64,000 bases of DNA from Pseudogymnoascus verrucosus (taxonomy: Eukaryota): assembly GCA_001662655.1 (NCBI GenBank), contig KV460262.1, one strand, 5' to 3'. How positions within the stretch are numbered: the stretch's first letter is position 1; the number at the start of each line of letters is the position of its first letter. This document shows positions 57,480 through 64,000 of the stretch, in pieces. A program made the position numbers and the translations under genes. The notes under the pieces are model-generated. The model did no database searches and was not told the DNA's origin. It saw nothing but the letters and a program-made list of their open reading frames with translations.

Positions 57480-60314
57480 GGAGGGGCTGCGAGGAGGGGA
57501 GTCTTGGTGGGGAGTGTAAAAGGGAATAGTCAGTTTAGGCGTCAGAGTGAGGCTTTGCCTGTAGTTATGTCTGGGCTAGAGAAAAGCAGTAGAAATATGT
57601 TATTTGTTCTCCTCACTTAGTCGCACTTGATTCCTGTGAATAACCATGAACTTCTATTCCAACTCGGAGTGACTGGCCTATCGATTGCAGCTCCGAGTGA
57701 CTGAATACCTTTTATTTTAATTATGGCTACTGTAATCGCCGCTGTTTTGCACAGTTTCTCTAGACATACATATACGCCCAATCCACACAGTCGAGAGAGG
57801 GGGGGGGTATACGATATGCGGGAGTGTTCAAAGTGTCTGCCTGTTCGTCGTTACTGGGGGCGCTGGGGCACTGGGTTATCTCACTCATAGCTAGAATTGC
57901 AATTAAACTTTAGCATTTTTATAGGTTTTACTATGGATGGATCGAAAAAGAGGGTCTATTCTTGGTATATATCATATATCATATATTGGGTATATCTCGA
58001 TTTAAATAACAACAAGCTAGAATACAAAAAACAACCCCCCCCCCCCCCCGGAACAAAAATCCCCATAACCACCGCGCACGCGACCAAAGTCGATCCCCCC
58101 CCCCGCCGCACGACCAGAATATCAAAAAATCCGTACTATTATCGTCTTAGCGAGGACGGTACCAACGATGCGACCACGCATCCCTCTGCTCATCAAGCTG
58201 GTATGTGTCCGAAACCCTTCGTTGCGCCGTGGTGTTTGCACCCCGAGACGATGATGCGAGATCATAGCCTGGGGGGGGCAACCACCGCTGCGTCCAATGA
58301 GTGGGACAGATGCTGGGTTGGAGAGATGGGAGGGTGTGTGTGTGCGTCGGCAGGCGCCTTCTAGGCCAAGACTGTAGGGAAGGGCTTTGATGTAATCGTG
58401 GAGGGAGGAGGGGGGAGGGCTGTTGAGGGGATGCTGCGATTCTCCGTTGGTATGGAGCAGTTGAGGGTGTGTGGGTTTGATATATTCCTGGGTCTGTTAG
58501 TACGAAGCATGTGGATGATATGGTGGAGGGGGATGAAGCATACCAACAGCATGCTCAAAGATATACTATTCCTGGCGAACACGTCCAACTGCCCATATCT
58601 CGGGGGTATATCCTCACTCGGGCGACTTGTATAGTAAAGAGAGCGGTTTGCACAAAACCCACCTCTTCACTGTACAGCCAGCCTCAAAGAACAGAGCTCA
58701 AACCAACCCCAGCTGAGATAGAGACATCTGCCCTGTCGGTGCTGTAACATCACACAGTTCGGAGAGTATAAACGTCCCACATATCCGACTATTCGGCAAT
58801 ACTCGGATAATAGGATATTCACTCCCTGAGACCATATGGAATTGAGACACAAGCGTGGTGACTCCTCTATTCCAGCTGGGATTGGGATGCCAGGAGATCA
58901 TCGTGAGAGTTTGCAAATGCGCCCGCTTGTTTCTGGGAGTCTCAACAGCGGACTACGAACTATTTGTAGACCGGTCTCAACTGTTCGAAGCGAACTGCTC
59001 GACCTTGATCGCTGATGGGTGAAGGGAGCGGTGTGGAAGTCATAAACAACAGGTCGACTTACTTGGGAAGCTGCATGTCAGTGCTTCCAACGCCATGAAT
59101 GTAACACAACCAACCTACTGGATCACCTCCTCCGACCTGTAGTCCAATGCGCCATGCCATCTCCTCGGGCCTATGGTCTCAATCCCAATGTTGCTTACCG
59201 TACATACATCACAAACGGCACCAATTCTCACAACAATCCTCCTCGCAGGATCCCTCCCAACTGAGTAGCTACCGCCGCCGCCCTCTCCACTAACCCTCAC
59301 CACCCAGCGCAACACGTTCAGCCCCTCCAGCACCTGTCACCGAAGCTTATTGCCAGCGCGACGTCAGGCTGACAAGGCATAACAGGTGTCTAACCAGTCC
59401 TGGCTGGCTGCGGATCAGTGGCTGGTGATTGTGGAGATGGGCTCGGGCTTTCGTATGGGCGAGTGATGCGGGCTGAAGGTGGGGTCGAAGGCTAATGGCC
59501 GGCCAGGGGAAATGAGGGTGGGTGGTGTTGGGATTTGGCCGGTTGGTTGTGGCGGTTGTTAGAGCCCAGTAATATCAATCGCTATAGTGCTGCTGGACCA
59601 CATGTTTCTCCATGTGGTAGGAGGTTTGTCGTACTCTTGTTGTTGTACTGTTCCTGGCTCGGTCTTTGTTTGCGCTGCTTTCGTGCGTGGAATGGTCGTA
59701 CTGTGGACCCTCTGGGAACGGAAACTTGGCATCCCATCATTCCAGTACAGTAATAGTTGAAGGAGCAGTCAGGCTGTGCGTGAAGTTAGTTAATTCCAGC
59801 CTTGTAGCCAGGCACAATCGGGCATTATATCCGGTAAGATCATATGAATATCCCTGGCCGAAGATGGTAATAAGGATCCTACGGCGGAGTAAGAAACAGT
59901 AAGAAACAGTACTACAACAGTTGAGAATATCCGCTATACCCGTATTGGTCACTAGCGCATATGCCAACTCTCTGTGGCTGTGTGAACTAGACTCAATTAG
60001 GTATAGCGTCATGCACCAAGATTTGATCGCGGCAGGAATGACACATTACCCCCGACCGAACCTTGCTTTACTTCGCCTCCGACGGCTTCCATCGTATCCC
60101 GTACTAAAAGGGTGCCTGTGCCGGAAAACCCGACTCATCTGAAAGTAAAACAAACAACTACACACAACGAAAACTGTCATACACATAGATATACAGTACA
60201 TCCCCTACAAAAAGTCGCGCTACCCTACTGCGCCAAGAAAGGAGATCATCTTATTGCGCATAAGAAGACTGTTGTTTTAGTCGTACGGTTCTTATTTTAT
60301 TCAGCGACGTCAAG

Positions 60315-61643
60315 ATGAAGTTCTCCGCAGCACTCATATTATCGATCGCGCTTTCGTCGACGGCAAATGCGCTGGTTCTGCGCGCGGAGCTGGTGGTCAG
60401 GGATAGCGAGGCGACAGTCCAGCAATTAGAGGTCCGTGAGGCCGAGGGCACCTTCGATGCGCCCGAGGAGCTGTGGAAGCGCAAGGGAGGCGGCGGCGGC
60501 GGTGGTCGTGGTGGTGGAAGCAGTGGAGGCAGCAGTGGAGGCAGCAGTGGAGGCAGCAGTGGAGGGAGCAGCGGAGGCAGCAGCGGAGGAACAAGTGGAG
60601 GAAGAACTGGGGGTACCGGAACCAGCAGCGGCGGAACAAGCAGTGGAGGAACCAGTAGTGCAGGACGAGGAGGTAGGTTTTCACCATCTTCATCTAGACC
60701 CAAGTCAGGATCAAAGCCACGCCCGAAGTCCAAACCCCGTCCGAAGACCGGTTCACGTCCCGATTCCAAATCACGCCCAGACTCCAAACGCCCTGGATCC
60801 AAACCGCGTCCTCGTATGAGGCCCCAAACACCCGTTTGACAGCGTCGCGTGCGAGTTCATGAGTTGTTTCTATGGCATTCCTATATCGTTTTTCTTTATG
60901 TTTCTGTGGCAGTCCTTACTCCATGAGTGGAGGACATGAAACTAGCACTTTGGCGATCCTTGGCGGCCTTGGTTTCTCTTACGGACAATCACTAACTTCC
61001 AATAGGCTTAGGCTCATCTTCGTCTTCAGCAGGCGGACAAACCAGGACTGGATCAGGACCAAGTCCAGCCTACGGTGGTGGCGGATTCTACGGCGGCGGC
61101 GCTGCGGTGCCATATAGAACTGGAGCGGCGACGAGGAGTGGCATTTCCCCTGTCCTCCTTGGTGTTGGTGTCGGTCTTGGAGCCGGAGTACTCCTCTATG
61201 GTCTCGCTGGCTCGTGGCACCACCCCGTCTACTCGTACCCATACAAGAACTCCTGGACCTTCTACAACATCACCGTCGACGCCAACCAGACGAAGCCGGT
61301 CCAGTGCCTTTGCGAAGAGTACTCTGAGTGCGGCTGCGACGACAACAACGACGCCCAGTACCAGAAGGATATCCTGGGCAACGGCAGCTATGCAGCCCTC
61401 AACAAGAGTGTGGTCTCCGTCGCCGATGTCTCGGGAAAGAGCACCATTATCCTGAATGGCACCCTTCCCAACGGCACAACCGCTGCTGGAGGCACTGAGG
61501 AGGCTGATGGCTCTACCGATTCCTCTTCTGGCAGCAGCACTACTGTCACCGACGGTGCATTCAGTCTCACGCACGGCATGATGCAGTCCGGCGTCTATTG
61601 GATCATGGCGGCTGCGGTCGGCTCCGCAGTCTTCCTGGCTTAA
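60315..61643 (+). CDS. Secreted/GPI-like glycine-rich cell-surface protein; exons 60315-60672, 61006-61643
   Basis: Signal peptide, ELWKRKGGGGG, (SSGG)n, YGGGAAVPYRTG, PVQCLCEEYSECGCDDN, NGTLPNGTTA and a hydrophobic C-terminus. 333-nt GTAGGT..CTAAC..TAG intron. Confidence 0.85.
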
Positions 61644-62133
61644 ATACCCTTGGGTCTATATCTTGACCTGTTAATATGAGTTGGGAACATTCTACCCTTG
61701 TATTCTAAGCGACGACTTATGCGATTATCCGTTTGGCTAGGCGGTTTGGACAGACTTGCGGCAACCTTATATGCATCGAAGGCCCTCGATTAGGGGGCTT
61801 TTTATCAGAATAGCGGGCTGCTGTGCTTTTTATGGCGTTTATGGGACTCGACTATGGTCGCTGTAAATATTGGAATAGGTATCAATAACTACCTATGCGG
61901 ATGCTATTAGACCGAATCAATCATGATTGTTGCGCTCGTTCTTATAATCTAGAATATATATTCACATATTTATCACTCTCTTCAATCTTCACCACAATTT
62001 TAGAGTAGATGCTTCAACAGTACCTCATAATTTCAGCTCTGTCATAAACGGCCGAACTAGTCATGTGACGACCAGGCCCTGCCTTGTGGCGACTAACTCG
62101 TGGGGTTGAGGGTCCGTGCATTCGCGGACCACC

Positions 62134-62146
62134 GAAAGCTCTAGAA
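62134..62146. promoter_or_regulatory. Imperfect heat-shock element upstream of STI1
   Basis: GAAagCTCtaGAA is one mismatch from GAAnnTTCnnGAA and lies ~160 bp upstream of the ATG. Confidence 0.4.
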
Positions 62147-62302
62147 GTACATGGGCTGCATGGTGATAATATTGATATCTTGCACCTCCATCATCACTTC
62201 TTTATACCTCCGAAACGATTCCGCAAGAACGAACAGCTTCTTGACCACCTAATATTATTCTAATCCCAACCCATTAATTATACCATAAACGTCAAATTCA
62301 TC

Positions 62303-64000
62303 ATGAGCGCAGACGAGCTCAAGGCTTTGGGGAACAAGGCAATTGCGGAGAAGAATTTCGACGAGGCTGTGTAAGTTTTACTTCTTCCTGAGCCTGGCCC
62401 CATGACTTCACGGGACCCAGACTCCCCCCGTTGCCAGTTTCTCCGCACGCGTAGGATTCCTCAAGACCCAGCTAGCTGACTTGCCAAACAGTGAGAAATT
62501 CACCGAAGCCATCGCCATCGAGCCAACCAACCACATTCTCTACTCAAACCGCTCGGCCGCGTACGCCTCAAAGAAGGATTACGAGCACGCCCTCGAGGAT
62601 GCCACCAAAGTCACAGAGATCAAGCCAGACTGGGCAAAGGGATGGGGACGCAAGGGTGCTGCTATGCACGGTCTTGGAGACCTCTTGGGGGCGCACGATG
62701 CGTACGAGGAGGGGCTGAAGTTGGATCCGGCTAATGCACAGAACAAGAATGGGTTGGCGTCGGTAAACAAGGCCATTGATGCTGAGGCTAAGGAGGGTAT
62801 GTGAAGAAATGCGATCTAGACGAGAATATGTGTACTGACGAGTGTAGATGGTGTTACAGGCGACCCAACTGGTGGACTGGGCAACATGTTCAACGATCCC
62901 CAGCTCCTCCAGAAGCTTTCTGCGAACCCAAAGACTGCGCCGTTCCTCGCGGACCCAGCGTTCATGTACAAGCTCAACCAGATCAAGTCCCAGCCCAGCA
63001 TGTCGCAAGACCTGTTCAGCGACCCAAGGATGATCCAAGTCCTCGGTGTCCTCATGGGTGTTGACATGGACATGATGGGAGGTGGCGGCGCCGCCGGCCA
63101 AGCCGGCCCTGGCGCCAGAGAGGCCGAGGAGGACGTCCCCATGACCGACGCCCGCCCAACCAAGTCCGCGCCCGCCCCAGCCCCCGAGCCCGAGCCAGTT
63201 GTGGAGGAGGACGAGGAAGCCATCGCCAAGAAGGCAGCCAAGGAGGAAGCCGACAAGGAGAAGGCCCTCGGGACCGCCGAGTACAAGAAGCGCAACTTCG
63301 ACGACGCCGTAGCCCACTACACCAAGGCGTGGGAGCTACACAAGGACATCACGTACCTCAACAACGTCGGCGCGGCCAAGTTTGAGAAGGGCGACTACGA
63401 GGGCGCCATCGCGGCGTGCAAGGAGGCCGTCGAGTACGGCCGCGAGGTCTACGCCGACTTCAAGATGATCGCCAAGTCGTACGCGCGCATCGGCTCCTCG
63501 TACGAGAAGCAGGGCGACTACGTCCAGGCCATCGCCAACTTCCAGAAGTCCCTCACCGAACACCGCACCCCGGATGTCGTGAACAAGCTCCGCGCCGCCG
63601 AGAAGACTAAGATCGACACCGCGAAGAAGGCGTACATCGACCCCGCCAAGGCCGAGGAGGCGCGCGAGCTCGGAAACGCAAAGTTCAAGGAGAGCGACTG
63701 GCCTGCTGCTGTCGCGGCGTATACGGAGATGACGAAGCGTGCCCCTGAGGACCCGAGGGGTTACTCGAATCGCGCGGCGGCGTTTATGAAGTTGCTTGAG
63801 TTCCCGTCGGCGCTGGATGACTGCGATCAGGCTATCAAGCGTGATCCGAAGTTCATCCGTGCGTACCTGAGGAAGGCGCAGGCCTACTTTGGTATGAGGG
63901 ATTATAGCAAGTGTCTTGATATGTGTGAGTTGGCTACGGGCGTGGATGAGTCGGGCGCGAATAAGAGGGAGATTGATCAGCAGCAGCAGAAGGCGCTGCA
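62303..64000 (+). CDS. STI1: Hsp70/Hsp90 co-chaperone Sti1/Hop (3' end beyond window); exons 62303-62370, 62492-62796, 62848->64000
   Basis: MSADELKALGN, NHILYSNRSAAY..KPDWAKGW TPR1, DP repeats, TPR2A (EKALGTAEYKKRNF) and KSLTEHRTPD. Confidence 0.96.

Overview
Eukaryotic DNA from a filamentous ascomycete. It has short GT-AG introns with CTAAC/CTGAC branch sites and dispersed 5S rDNA, and the style suggests a Leotiomycete such as Pseudogymnoascus (inference only). Conserved core genes flank an accessory-looking block at about 28-53.5 kb. They encode D-serine dehydratase, a DUF7514-like protein, CSN7, a Ccc2 Cu-ATPase, an Msb1/DUF1708 protein, an Mtm1 carrier, Ung1, Pnc1, TDG/MUG, Uap1 and Sti1. 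The most striking structure is five 5S rRNA copies or fragments at 36.3-53.5 kb. Two 5' halves break at the same palindrome CAAGCTTG and are each followed by a homologous ~200-bp left end. One 3' half resumes at CAAGCTTG after a matching right end that carries inverted GGTGAGC repeats. This delimits 5S-targeted, cargo-carrying, Starship-like elements with no recombinase gene in the window. Their cargo is a sacsin/NO VEIN-like HATPase-nuclease, an intact 5S copy, an MFS transporter, a photolyase and a PDX1/PNC1 deletion scar. Other oddities are an intron-encoded cationic Pro/Arg repeat in a secreted Gly-rich protein and a strong 5' C-rich to 3' G-rich polarity in core genes. All family assignments come from motif recognition by eye, and no database searches were run.
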